A model generated the notes under the pieces. That model searched no databases. It worked only from the letters and a program-made list of their open reading frames with translations, and had not been told where the DNA came from. The position numbers were made by a program, and so were the translations under genes. From Candidatus Hydrogenedentota bacterium (GTDB lineage Bacteria > Hydrogenedentota > Hydrogenedentia > Hydrogenedentales > JAEUWI01), in assembly GCA_034669905.1 (NCBI GenBank), contig JAXMOL010000005.1, positions 1 to 64,000 of the forward strand: 64,000 bases of DNA, read 5' to 3'. Shown here one piece after another: positions 1 to 10,080 of this stretch; position 1 is the first letter of the stretch; each line of letters starts with the position of its first letter.

Positions 1-1
1 T

Positions 2-764
2 CGTCGGTGCAGTCCCCGGGGACTGCACCGACGTGAACATTCGGGCACGAGTAAGCGACGTCTTGGCGGAATCGGATGCCGGGAAATGGATGGTGCATGT
101 GGACGTCGGGGCTGTCACCCGCTGCGCTCCCCCGTTTGAGGGTCCACGACGCGCCGCAGGTGGGTGGCACCCGACATCACTTTTGGAATAATAAGTACGT
201 TCCCGTTGAGAGGGGGCACAGCCCCGACTAATTCGTTTGTGTCGTGGGGACAGGTTCATGACTGGGCCACGAGGTGCACACCGCTGGGTTAACGTGACGA
301 CGTCGGTGCAGTCCCCGGGGACTGCTCCGACGTGGACATTCGGGCACAAGTAAGCGACGACTTGGCGAAATCGGATGCCTGCAAATGCGTGGTGCATGTG
401 GACGTCGGGGCTGTCCCCCGCTTCAACATGAAGTTACCAAAGGCAAGGCACCCACAAAATCCCCCCGCTGCACTCCCCCGTTTGAGGGTCCACGACGCGC
501 CGCAGGTGGGTGGCACCCGACATCACTTTTGGAATAATAAGTACGTTCCAGTTGAGAGGGGGCACAGCCCCGACTAATTCGTTTGTGTCGTGGGGGCAGG
601 TTCATGGATGGGCCACGTGGTGCGCACCGCTGGGTTAACGTGACGTGGTCGGTACAGTCCCCGGGGACTGCACCGACGTGGACATTCGGGCAAGAGTAAG
701 CGACGTCTTGGCGGAATCGGATGCCGGGAAATGGATGGTGCATGTGGACGTCGGTGCAGTCCCC
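2..764. repeat. Tandem array of ~300-bp units made of REP/REPIN-like inverted-repeat modules; may continue off the left edge
   Basis: Units start at 2, 301 and 647 (299 bp, 346 bp, partial). Each begins with the 32-bp palindrome CGTCGGTGCAGTCCCC|GGGGACTGCACCGACG, perfect at 2-33. Unit 2 has an extra 47 bp (423-469). Confidence 0.92.
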
Positions 765-765
765 G

Positions 766-1698
766 CTAGGCGCGCTTTATAGTTACCTGCGCGGCGATGG
801 CGTCGACTTCGGTCTGGGTGAAGTGGCCGATGTCCCAGGACATGGCGTTGGCGGTCCCGGCACTGACGCCAAGGACGATGGTCTCTTCCAGGCTCAATCC
901 GCGCTTGAGTCCCACGGCGATGCCCGCAACGAGGGAATCGCCCGAACCCACGGCGTTCACCTCTTCAATGGCAGGCGGTACGACGTGGAGGCGTTCGGAG
1001 CCATCGGAGACCATGACGCCTCCGGGCCCGAGGGACAACACCACGAGGGTAACACCCCGCTCGTGGAAGGCATCAATCGCGCGCCAACGGGCATCGTCAG
1101 AGTCCAGCGCAAAGCCCACCAACTCGGCAGCTTCCGCATCGTTGGGCTTGACCATATAGGGCTCGGCCATGAGGCCCATTTCCAACTCAGGTCCGTGGGT
1201 ATCGAGCAAGACCGGTATGCCGGCTTCTTTGGCCTTGGTGATGATGCGGGCATAGCAATCCTGCATCATGGGATCGGGGACCGTACCGTTCAACGTGAGC
1301 ACAGACGCCGAAGAAAACTGAGACACCACCGTGGCGACAAAGAGTTCCCGCTCAGCCGGGTCCACTTTCGGTCCGGGCTCAAAGAGCGGGGTCTGTCGAT
1401 GCACCCCCTCTTCGAGGACGGTGGTAATGGTACGGGTGTGTTGCTCAATCCAAACGGGGTGACAGGTTACCCGGTCTTCCTTCGTAATCATGTCGACCAC
1501 GTGTTTTCCGGTGGGTCCGCCCACCAACACCAGGGCCGCGCTCCGCTCCCCCAGTGACTTGACCGCACGGGCCACGTTATTCCCCTTGCCCCCGGGGATA
1601 GTCGTGGCGCGGGTGCAGACATTCTTCTTCCCCACGGCCATCTCATCAAGGAAGACCGTCTTGTCGACACAGGGATTGGGCGTTACGGAGAGAATCAT
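766..1698 (-). CDS. 1-phosphofructokinase-family (PfkB) hexose-phosphate kinase
   Basis: N-terminal TPNPCVD, GGKGNNVA, VKPND and the C-terminal PfkB signature NAVGSGDS. Confidence 0.9.
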   Translation of the reverse strand: MILSVTPNPCVDKTVFLDEMAVGKKNVCTRATTIPGGKGNNVARAVKSLGERSAALVLVGGPTGKHVVDMITKEDRVTCHPVWIEQHTRTITTVLEEGVHRQTPLFEPGPKVDPAERELFVATVVSQFSSASVLTLNGTVPDPMMQDCYARIITKAKEAGIPVLLDTHGPELEMGLMAEPYMVKPNDAEAAELVGFALDSDDARWRAIDAFHERGVTLVVLSLGPGGVMVSDGSERLHVVPPAIEEVNAVGSGDSLVAGIAVGLKRGLSLEETIVLGVSAGTANAMSWDIGHFTQTEVDAIAAQVTIKRA

Positions 1699-1707
1699 GG
1701 GTACCCC

Positions 1708-2682
1708 CTATTGTCCACTCTCAAAGCGCGACAGGGCGCAGCCAGCCGCACCCAAGACTCCGGAGTCTGCTCCCAGGCCCGCGAAGACAATCTCGCAACG
1801 TTTGGCCGGCACGGCAAAAGAGTTCTCCACGGCCACCCGGCGAATGGGGTCCATGAGAATGTCGCCGGCGGCAATCATACCGCCACAGAGAACCACCTTC
1901 TCGGGGTTCTGATAATTGATAATGCTGGAGATTCCCAGGCCAATCCAGGTGGCGGTCTCTTCCACGACCCACAGGGCAAACTCGTCCCCCTGTGCTGCGG
2001 CCTCGCCAATCATCTTGCCGGTGATGCCCCCATAAGAATCACTGCACTGTTCCTGCAAGATAGATTCCCGCCCTTCGGAGAGGCCTTCCACGGCGGTGCG
2101 CACCATGCCTGTCACCGAGGCATAGGTTTCCAGACAGCCCAGACTGCCGCAGCCGCAACGGCGGCCATTGCGCTGGACCTTAATGTGGCCCAATTCGGCG
2201 GCGGTACCGTCTTCACCGCGGAGGAGCATGCCAAACACCACGACACCGCCCCCCACCCCGGTACCCAGGGTCAAGAGAGCCATATTCTGCGTGCCCTGTC
2301 CTGCGCCGAGCCAGAACTCGCCATAGCATGCCACGTTGGCATCGTTTTCCACATAGCACGGCACACCAAGACGTTTCTGCATCAACTCGCCCAGGGGCAC
2401 ATCTTTCCAACCCGGCAGATTGGGCGGACTGAAAACCACGCCGGAACGCCAGTCCATGGGACCGGGCGCACCGATCCCGACCGCCATGACATCATCCGGG
2501 CGGAGGTCGGACTGGTTGAGGAGGTCACGGACGCTCGACTCAATGGCATCCATGACGGCTTCAGGCCCCCCTTCCGCATTGGTGGGCCGCGAGTCTTTGG
2601 CCAACACCTGTTTATCCCAGGATACCATCGCGGTTTTTACGTTGGTACCACCGAGGTCGACACCGATAATTACTTTGTTCAT
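1708..2682 (-). CDS. ROK-family sugar kinase (glucokinase-like)
   Basis: GVDLGGT, ENDAN, TLGTGVGGG, ELGH and CGCGSLGCLE motifs. ATG at 2682 has AAGGAG upstream. Confidence 0.9.
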   Translation of the reverse strand: MNKVIIGVDLGGTNVKTAMVSWDKQVLAKDSRPTNAEGGPEAVMDAIESSVRDLLNQSDLRPDDVMAVGIGAPGPMDWRSGVVFSPPNLPGWKDVPLGELMQKRLGVPCYVENDANVACYGEFWLGAGQGTQNMALLTLGTGVGGGVVVFGMLLRGEDGTAAELGHIKVQRNGRRCGCGSLGCLETYASVTGMVRTAVEGLSEGRESILQEQCSDSYGGITGKMIGEAAAQGDEFALWVVEETATWIGLGISSIINYQNPEKVVLCGGMIAAGDILMDPIRRVAVENSFAVPAKRCEIVFAGLGADSGVLGAAGCALSRFESGQ

Positions 2683-2726
2683 GGCCCCAACTCCTTCCAG
2701 ACGTTTCGTTTCCAACCCCGACGTTA

Positions 2727-4190
2727 TTAGAGGGTCGCGATGTATTCCAGGCCCTTGCGCATGCGGGTCAGGCTGGTTTCTTTTCCAAGCAATTCGGCCA
2801 GCTCAAAAAGCCCTGGACCGATCGACTTGCCGGTGAGGGCCAGACGCGTCGGGTGGACCATCTTGCCCAGGCCCACCCCCGTTTCCTCGCCGAGGGCATG
2901 ATAGGCCGCTTTCAGCGTGTCCCGGTTCCAATCCTCGACCCCTTCCATGCAGGCGATCAATTGGGTCATCAATTCGGCAGCGCCTTCGACTTGCCATTGC
3001 TTTTTGACCGGCTTTTCTTCGTATTCCGTCACTTCCTGAAAAAAGAAGTCGCTGAGCTCCACAATCTGATTCAAGGTGGACAGCTTCTCCTGACACACCT
3101 CAGTCAGGGTAGCGAACCACGCGTCGTCTTTCTGCGCCGTATCGAATCCCGCTCCCTTCAAAATAGCCACGAGGCGCGCTTGCAGCTTCGCGGGCTCCAG
3201 GGCGCGGATGTGCTGCCCATTGAGCCAATCCAGCTTTTTCCGGTCAAAGCGGGCCGCCGACTTACTCCAGCGTTCGGGAGCGAATGCCGCCTGCAACTCC
3301 TCAATGGTGAAAAGCTCGCGGTTTTCTTCTGCGGGGGTCCAACCCAACAGGGCGACGTAGTTGATGAGGGCTTCCGGCAAATAGCCGTCGTCCCGCCAAT
3401 CAAGCACATTGGCCCCGTGGAGGCGCTTGCTGAATTTCTTCCCCTTGTCATCGAGTACCATAGGCAAGTGGGCAAACTGGGGCCGCTCATAGCCCAGGGC
3501 GTCAAAGAGCAAGACGTGGCGGGCGGCGTTGGTCAGGTGGTCATCGCCGCGAATCACGTGGGTAATCTGCATCAGGGCGTCGTCCACCACCACCGCCAGG
3601 TGAAAGATGGGGTCGCCATTGGGCTTGAGAATAACGAAATCATCGAGTTCGCGGTTGTCGGTCTTGACCGTGCCCTGAACCAGATCCGCCACTTCCGTGT
3701 GGCCCTCGGGCACCATGAAACGGACGGTGTGCTGCTCGTCCTTGCGTTGCTCCCCTTCGGCGGGGTCCAACAGGCGGCAGGGACACTTCTTCCGGTGACG
3801 CTTTTCCTTCTGCGCGGCCTCCCGCTCGGCGTCCAAATCTTCCTTGGAACAGAAGCACCGATAGGCCTTTCCTTCCGCCAGAAGCCGCAGCCCCGCTTCC
3901 TGGTGAAGGGCTTTTCGCTCGGACTGGCGATAGGGCCCCAGATCTCCCCGGGGGCCTTCCTCACCGAAAGCCGGCCCTTCGTCCCAATCGACTCTCAGCC
4001 ATTTAAAGCCTTCACACATGGCCTGCACAAAGGCCTCATCGGTGCGCTCGGCGTCCGTATCTTCCAGGCGAAGCACGAAGGTGCCGCCAGTCTTGCGGGC
4101 GTAAAGCCAGTTAAACAGGGCCATTTTGGCCGTACCGATATGCAAAAATCCGGAAGGGGACGGGGCAATACGACAACGAACAGTACTCAT
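2727..4190 (-). CDS. gltX: Glutamate--tRNA ligase
   Basis: RIAPSPSGFLHIG (HIGH motif), RLEDTD, HVIRGDDH, KFSKR (KMSKS equivalent) and the C-terminal RLALTG...PGLF anticodon domain. GGAG lies upstream of ATG 4190. Confidence 0.96.
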   Translation of the reverse strand: MSTVRCRIAPSPSGFLHIGTAKMALFNWLYARKTGGTFVLRLEDTDAERTDEAFVQAMCEGFKWLRVDWDEGPAFGEEGPRGDLGPYRQSERKALHQEAGLRLLAEGKAYRCFCSKEDLDAEREAAQKEKRHRKKCPCRLLDPAEGEQRKDEQHTVRFMVPEGHTEVADLVQGTVKTDNRELDDFVILKPNGDPIFHLAVVVDDALMQITHVIRGDDHLTNAARHVLLFDALGYERPQFAHLPMVLDDKGKKFSKRLHGANVLDWRDDGYLPEALINYVALLGWTPAEENRELFTIEELQAAFAPERWSKSAARFDRKKLDWLNGQHIRALEPAKLQARLVAILKGAGFDTAQKDDAWFATLTEVCQEKLSTLNQIVELSDFFFQEVTEYEEKPVKKQWQVEGAAELMTQLIACMEGVEDWNRDTLKAAYHALGEETGVGLGKMVHPTRLALTGKSIGPGLFELAELLGKETSLTRMRKGLEYIATL

Positions 4191-4410
4191 GTAGACTCCA
4201 AAATGCGGTGTGGGTGATAGCAAGTATAGCGGGGGCATCATAGCACGGTGCCATCGGGCCAGTCACCTCCGCCCTCCCCCAACCCCAACGTGAGAAAGAG
4301 GTTAGGGGATCTAAACCGGGGGTTTTCAGAACACTTTCTGCTGTGCTAGAATTATCTTATTCATAAAAGGTCGCTGGTATTACACACATTTCTCGGAGGA
4401 GGGAAGAACC

Positions 4411-5067
4411 ATGAGAATGCTCGGCTTAATAGCCCTGTCCTTGTGTCTTCAGGGGTGTCTCATCGACATGCTGATGACCACCGCGATTACCGCTGACATG
4501 GCGGCCCAGCAGGCATCGTCCGCCTCGAGCACCATGAACCAGACCCAAATCGACATTGCCATGATGGAGTTGCAGGACGCCCTGGACTATTACTACCTCG
4601 AGAAAGAAAGTTATCCCCGTGACCTGAGCGCCCTGGTCCCCACCTACATCGCCGCCATTCCCAGTCGGCCCGATGGCGAGCCATTCGGGTATAACCCCAT
4701 CCAGGGCACAATCTATGAAAACAACAACGGCCCGTCAACCGCAGATTATTTCCTGATGGAAGATATCAAAGTTGCCATCAACAATTTTGGCAACGCCACG
4801 GGCTACTATCCGCCGACCCTGGATGATCTCTATCCGAATTTCATGCCCATGCTCCCCCGCACGTCGACGGGCGCGACATTCGGCTACAACAATCAAGACG
4901 GCACCCTGACCCACCCGAATGAAGGACTCCAATATCCTTCGGAGACCGTGGCGGAAGGAGAAGGAGGCGGCTCGGTCAAACCCGTGAACGCCATCGGCTC
5001 GCTGGACAAAGGGGATTTAAAGGACACCAACAGTCTGAACAATGCCCTCGACCGGATTGGCTACTGA
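4411..5067 (+). CDS. Lipoprotein with two tandem pseudopilin (GspG)-head-like repeats
   Basis: GGAGG RBS and lipobox LQGC. Two ~53-aa repeats of the pattern helix-YPxxLxxLxPx(Y/F)xxxxP...FGYN. Confidence 0.7.
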   Translation: MRMLGLIALSLCLQGCLIDMLMTTAITADMAAQQASSASSTMNQTQIDIAMMELQDALDYYYLEKESYPRDLSALVPTYIAAIPSRPDGEPFGYNPIQGTIYENNNGPSTADYFLMEDIKVAINNFGNATGYYPPTLDDLYPNFMPMLPRTSTGATFGYNNQDGTLTHPNEGLQYPSETVAEGEGGGSVKPVNAIGSLDKGDLKDTNSLNNALDRIGY

Positions 5068-5084
5068 CAATCCTTCCCGGCCGA

Positions 5085-5124
5085 TCCCACCATTCCCTTG
5101 TCGCCCCAACTGGGGATGGTGGGA
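5085..5124. terminator. Hairpin between convergent genes
   Basis: TCCCACCATTCCC ... GGGGATGGTGGGA inverted repeat followed by AAA. Confidence 0.45.
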
Positions 5125-5158
5125 AAATCGTGCGCCCATTCCGTTCCCCCGGCGCGCC

Positions 5159-6244
5159 CTACATGTCGTTATCAAATGGCCCGAGATAGGCATCGGCCGT
5201 CACTGGCTCCGCCAGGGTCATGATGCATGGGCACCGCTCCTCCAGTCCCCGCAATTCCAATTGTGCCCGGAACCCCATCCGGAGGGGCCCGTCCAGGAGG
5301 GCGGCGCGGCACCCCTTTGATTCTCGCTCATAGGCATCCTCATCCCCCTCGTCCTCTTCCTCGTCGGGGAAGCCCGCGATCTCGAGAAGCTGGTAAACGA
5401 GGGTGTCAACGTCGGATTCGTCGTGCACAAAGAATACCCGCCCTTGCTTCTGGTCCCACTCCAGCGCGGACCAACCAGACTGCTCCAGGAAGGCGACACG
5501 CAGGGCCTTTTGACGTTGCTCCTCTGCCTCACGGTCCCCAAAAAGCCAGACCCGTCGTGCCTGAATATAGGCAGAGAACACCTCGGGAAAGCCTTCCGCC
5601 GTTATTTCAACACGCTCCGCCACCGCGGCCCCCTTCTCGGCGGCCTCCAGAAGACATGCGGCGTCCCCGTCTTTGCAGCAGGTCATCGCCGTATTGCGGG
5701 CATTCTCCTGGAGCAGATCAGGCACGAAACTGGTCGTAGCAAAAAAGCTTCCATCCAACTTCCTGCCAAACACGTCCAGGGCACACTCCGCCTCAAAATC
5801 GTAGACGATGGCGTACAGCCGCTTTTCAGGATGGCAGAACACCGAAAGGGTCACGTCTTCCACCCGTTCCACCTGGTAGCTTCCCACCGGGTCAAAGCCC
5901 ATTTCGCCCAAGGCCTCCCGATGGCCAATGGCTTCTCTCGGGTGTTGAAACTTCACCGTCTCCACCGGGTGCAGCACCATATCTTCGTGCAATAGCGCAA
6001 AGGGACCAACGACCGACGCCATATCGCCGATGGCCTCACCGAGTTGCCCGAAGAACTTCCTGAACTTCCATTTGATGAAATACCAGAGTGCCGCCGCAAA
6101 GAGTATCAACGCCAACAGCGCCCCACCAACAAGCTTGGGCCACAAGAGCAAAGGCGTGAGCATAACCGCCCAAACCACAAGACGGATGACCCATTTTCGA
6201 AGGGGAGAAATGGGTGTGCGCGGCATAGGTTCGTCATCGGACAT
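5159..6244 (-). CDS. Hypothetical membrane protein (two N-terminal TM helices, acidic soluble domain)
   Basis: Long ORF with hydrophobic segments after MSDDEPMP. No family recognised; start uncertain. Confidence 0.7.
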   Translation of the reverse strand: MSDDEPMPRTPISPLRKWVIRLVVWAVMLTPLLLWPKLVGGALLALILFAAALWYFIKWKFRKFFGQLGEAIGDMASVVGPFALLHEDMVLHPVETVKFQHPREAIGHREALGEMGFDPVGSYQVERVEDVTLSVFCHPEKRLYAIVYDFEAECALDVFGRKLDGSFFATTSFVPDLLQENARNTAMTCCKDGDAACLLEAAEKGAAVAERVEITAEGFPEVFSAYIQARRVWLFGDREAEEQRQKALRVAFLEQSGWSALEWDQKQGRVFFVHDESDVDTLVYQLLEIAGFPDEEEDEGDEDAYERESKGCRAALLDGPLRMGFRAQLELRGLEERCPCIMTLAEPVTADAYLGPFDNDM

Positions 6245-6479
6245 GGCAATGGTGCTCCCAGGCGGTGTTTGGCTAACAATCTCGGCACCACTATGCCAAA
6301 TACGGTAGTACGCCTCAAGCAGGACGTGCAGACCATAGGAATCCAATTCCATACACGCTATAATGGCGGGGCAGCAAGGGTGTGGCGCGTGTGCTGAGGG
6401 TGGTCCCCGCAAGGGGCCACCGACGCCAGAAGATTTCCGGTATCCGCGCATTCACCCAAAACACAAGGAGTCTTCCTTC

Positions 6480-8060
6480 ATGACGGCACTATCTGGTCAA
6501 TCCGATGGCGAACGCTGGAAACGGCTTGGCGACATGCTCATGGATGCGGGCCTGATAACAGCGGGTCAGCTGTCGGAAAGCCTGGCAGAGAAGGAGCGGT
6601 CCAAGTGCTTTCTTGGCCAGGCCCTCGTGAAATTGGGTTATCTCACACAGGACGAGCTCATCTCCTTCCTGGTGAAGCAGTGCAAGATCCCTCACATCAA
6701 CTTGAACGATTACGCGATCGATCCGCAGATTGTGCGGCTTCTGCCCAATGACCTTTGCCTGCGCTACAAGTTAATTGCTATTGATCAACTCGGGAAAATC
6801 CTCACGGTATGCATGGTCAATCCACTGGATATCGATGCACTGGAACATGCACGCGATGTGTGCCCCGCATTGAAAATAAAGCCCATCCTCTGCACGCCCG
6901 AACACTTTGAGTCCGTTGCCAAACGCTTCCTCGTACGCCGGGAGCAACCCACGCAAGACCCCGCACCCCGCGCCCCCGAAATGTCCCTGGCATCCCTGGG
7001 ACTCAGCAGCATGGCGCCGGTGGTAGCGCCGGTCGTCACCCGGCCGTCGGTCCCCGGCGCCCCGGAAACACACGTGGAAACCGCCGCCGTATCGCAGGAA
7101 ACCTTCTCCGCCATTGTGCGCGATGTGCTGGCAGAATTGCTGAACACCTTTCAGGGGCCAGTCCAGGGCCAGCCCGAATCTGCCGAACAAGTCTGGTCTT
7201 CTACGGAAAGTCAGTCGGCCCAGTTTTCCTTCACCCTCGATCTCAGCGGCGAACTCTGCTACGTCAGCCCTTCCGTGACCGCGGTCATGGGCTACCCCGC
7301 ACAAGAATTCCAAGATCAGTTCGTCCATCTGTGTGCCGACCATCCGGCCAATTCGAAATTGCGTCAGGCTATCCGTCTCAGTCTGTCGGGGCACCAACGC
7401 AGCCCCATTGAGGCCGAGTTCGTCGCAAAAGACGGGAGCATGCGTGCTCTCATGATCGCGCTCATACCGGTATTCGACGGCACCAAGAAGCTGGTCGCGG
7501 TGCAGGGAGTCGCGCGGGATGTCACCCGGCGGGCCGCCACGGAGCAGTCTCTTTATTACGCGGCTACCCACGACACCCTCACGGGGCTCCTGAACCGACG
7601 CAGCTTCGCGACCCGTCTCGAGGAAGCCATCCAGCATGCCCGTCGCTACGGAACCCCCGTCAGTATTGCGGTGGTGGATATTGATGACTTCACCCGTATC
7701 AATGAATCCTACGGCCACCAGGAAGGGGACGCCGTACTGCGTCATATTGGCCAAACCCTCAAGCAATCGTTGCGGAGTGAAGATATCGTCGCCCACTCTG
7801 GCGGAGACGAATTCTGCATACTCATGCCCCAGGTCCCCCCGGAACAGGCTCAAAACGGGATACGTCGCTACATTGAGGCCATCACCGAGGAAAACTACAC
7901 GACCTCGGGTGGTGACACTTTTTCGCTAACCGTCACGGCGGGTTTTTCGACCGTCCAGGAAACGGAAGACCAATACGAACTGCTCCTCGACGCAGCCCGA
8001 ACCCTGGTACGCCGGGGCAAAGAAGCCGGCGGTAACCGCGTGGTCCTCGCGAAGGGCTAA
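6480..8060 (+). CDS. MshEN/T2SSE_N + PAS + GGDEF protein (putative diguanylate cyclase)
   Basis: AAGGAG RBS. RLGDMLMDAGLI..LSESLAEK...LGQALVKLGYL..ELISFLVKQ (MshEN), YVSPSVTAVMGY and ARDVT (PAS/PAC), HDTLTGLLNRR, DIDDF and RSED-x5-GGDEF. Confidence 0.9.
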   Translation: MTALSGQSDGERWKRLGDMLMDAGLITAGQLSESLAEKERSKCFLGQALVKLGYLTQDELISFLVKQCKIPHINLNDYAIDPQIVRLLPNDLCLRYKLIAIDQLGKILTVCMVNPLDIDALEHARDVCPALKIKPILCTPEHFESVAKRFLVRREQPTQDPAPRAPEMSLASLGLSSMAPVVAPVVTRPSVPGAPETHVETAAVSQETFSAIVRDVLAELLNTFQGPVQGQPESAEQVWSSTESQSAQFSFTLDLSGELCYVSPSVTAVMGYPAQEFQDQFVHLCADHPANSKLRQAIRLSLSGHQRSPIEAEFVAKDGSMRALMIALIPVFDGTKKLVAVQGVARDVTRRAATEQSLYYAATHDTLTGLLNRRSFATRLEEAIQHARRYGTPVSIAVVDIDDFTRINESYGHQEGDAVLRHIGQTLKQSLRSEDIVAHSGGDEFCILMPQVPPEQAQNGIRRYIEAITEENYTTSGGDTFSLTVTAGFSTVQETEDQYELLLDAARTLVRRGKEAGGNRVVLAKG

Positions 8061-8229
8061 GGCGGAATCTCACGGCGATGCGGGTACCCCGCTGCCCCAT
8101 TGCGGAGCGCAGATTTCTTGACACGAGAGGGAATCGACGCACGGGGAGGTCTGGGGGCTTACCATCTCGAATGCAAAGCGCACTTTTTCCTGCCATTTCG
8201 TCACATTAACCGATATCCGTGACGTAAAC

Positions 8230-8259
8230 TTGACAACTACAGGGCAGATTTCCTACAAT
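8230..8259 (+). promoter_or_regulatory. Sigma-70-type promoter for the NifA-like gene
   Basis: TTGACA-N18-TACAAT. Confidence 0.6.
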
Positions 8260-8301
8260 TTGGTCACTTCAAACCCAACTAATGGATGGATTTGCGCCCC
8301 A

Positions 8302-9852
8302 ATGACCACAACAACCCCCAAAGTGAAGAGCAAGGTATCAGAACTCTCACTTTTATTCGAGATCAGCCGTATTCTGGATCGCAGTATGGACCTGCGGGAC
8401 GAACTGGGCCCCGTACTCAAAGCAATCGCCAAACATACCGGCATGCTCCGCGGTACGATCACGCTCGTCAACCGCGAGAACGGTGAACTCTTCATCGAAG
8501 CCGCCCACGGCCTTTCGGGCCGAGAACTGGAACGGGGCCACTACAAACCCGGTGAGGGTGTGGTGGGCAAGGTGGTCCAGACAGGCCGCCCCGTGGTGGT
8601 TCCGCGCATCTCGGAAGAGCCCCTCTTTCTGAACCGCACCAAGGCCCGTGAAAACGCGAGCCGCGACGACATCTCCTATGTCTGCGTGCCGATTAAGATG
8701 GAAACCCAGGTGATTGGTGCGCTCAGTGCCGACCGCCTCTTCTCCGAAGAAGATTCTCTCGAGGAAGAATTGCGGCTCATGACCATCATTGCTTCCATGG
8801 TGGCCCAGGCCGTTCGACTTCGCCAGGAACACCAGGATGAGCGAAACCGGCTGCTGAAAGAAAACAGCCGACTCCAGAATGCGCTCCAGGAACGCTTCCG
8901 TCCTGCCAATATCATCGGCCGTTCGGGCTCGATGCAGGAAGTCTTTGACCTCATCGCGCAGGTCGCCCAGAGTGACGCCACCGTCTTGATTCGCGGTGAG
9001 AGCGGCGTGGGTAAGGAGCTTGTCGCCCACGCGATCCACTACAACAGCCAGCGGGCCGCCAAACCCTTTATACGGGTAAACTGCGCTGCCCTTCCCGATT
9101 CGGTTATCGAAAGTGAGCTCTTTGGCCACGAGAAAGGTGCCTTCACCGGGGCAACCCAGCAGCGCCAGGGCCGTTTCGAATTGGCCCATGGCGGTACTAT
9201 CTTCCTGGACGAAATCGGTGACCTGGCCCCCCAGACCCAGGTGCGGCTGCTCCGAATCCTGCAGGAACGGGAGTTTGAACGGGTCGGTGGACAGGAAACC
9301 CTGAAGGTCGACGTGCGGGTAATCGCAGCGACCAACCGGCACCTCGAATCCATGATCACGGACGAAAGTTTCCGGCAGGATCTCTACTACCGGCTCAATG
9401 TATTCCCCATTCACATCCCCCCGTTGAAGGAACGGCGGACGGACATTCTGGAACTTGCCAATTTCTTCGTGGAGAAATACAGCAAGGGAAACCACAAGTA
9501 TGTGCGCCGCATTTCCACCCCCGCCATCGACATGCTGATGAGTTACCACTGGCCGGGGAACGTCCGTGAACTCGAGAATTGCATCGAGCGGGCCGTGCTC
9601 CTCACGAACGACGACGTGGTCCACGGACACCATCTGCCGCCCACACTCCAGACGGCCGAAGCATCCAACACCCCGATCAAGGGGACCCTGGAAGAGTGTC
9701 TGGAGCGGGTAGAACGGGAGTTGATCGTGGAAGCGCTCAAGGTCGCCAAAGGCAACAAAGCCAAAGCGGCCCGCGAGCTGGGTATCACGGAACGGCTGAT
9801 GGGACTGCGGGTCAACAAATACACAATAAACACCCGGGAGTTCCGCACCTGA
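8302..9852 (+). CDS. NifA-like sigma-54 enhancer-binding protein (GAF-AAA+-Fis HTH)
   Basis: N-terminal [42 protein letters not shown] and a C-terminal HTH. Confidence 0.93.
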   Translation: MTTTTPKVKSKVSELSLLFEISRILDRSMDLRDELGPVLKAIAKHTGMLRGTITLVNRENGELFIEAAHGLSGRELERGHYKPGEGVVGKVVQTGRPVVVPRISEEPLFLNRTKARENASRDDISYVCVPIKMETQVIGALSADRLFSEEDSLEEELRLMTIIASMVAQAVRLRQEHQDERNRLLKENSRLQNALQERFRPANIIGRSGSMQEVFDLIAQVAQSDATVLIRGESGVGKELVAHAIHYNSQRAAKPFIRVNCAALPDSVIESELFGHEKGAFTGATQQRQGRFELAHGGTIFLDEIGDLAPQTQVRLLRILQEREFERVGGQETLKVDVRVIAATNRHLESMITDESFRQDLYYRLNVFPIHIPPLKERRTDILELANFFVEKYSKGNHKYVRRISTPAIDMLMSYHWPGNVRELENCIERAVLLTNDDVVHGHHLPPTLQTAEASNTPIKGTLEECLERVERELIVEALKVAKGNKAKAARELGITERLMGLRVNKYTINTREFRT

Positions 9853-9973
9853 GCCGGGGAATGGGCTTTCCCAGGCGGTGCCGCACGGTGGAGCGGAGCC
9901 TGAGCGCCCACTATACTACCGGAGCAGGCCCCCAATATCTGGTGGTTTCTGTCGCTTTGACCCCCGTAAAGAC

Positions 9974-10002
9974 TTGACAAGCCGTCTACACTCTAGTAAA
10001 CT
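9974..10002 (+). promoter_or_regulatory. Sigma-70-type promoter ahead of the small ORF
   Basis: TTGACA-N17-TAAACT. Confidence 0.65.
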
Positions 10003-10080
10003 GTTTACAAAAGTAGTAGCTTTGTGGTTTGTTGCGACGCAGAAACCATCTCAACTGTAAGCATGCGGAGAACCCGACTC

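Noticed and set aside
289..743. Short ORFs inside the repeat array
   Set aside because: They are not preserved between units and show no RBS or recognisable motifs.
2..764. CRISPR array (32-bp palindromic repeat)
   Set aside because: The intervening sequences are ~270-310 bp and are near-identical copies rather than unique spacers. No cas genes are in the window.
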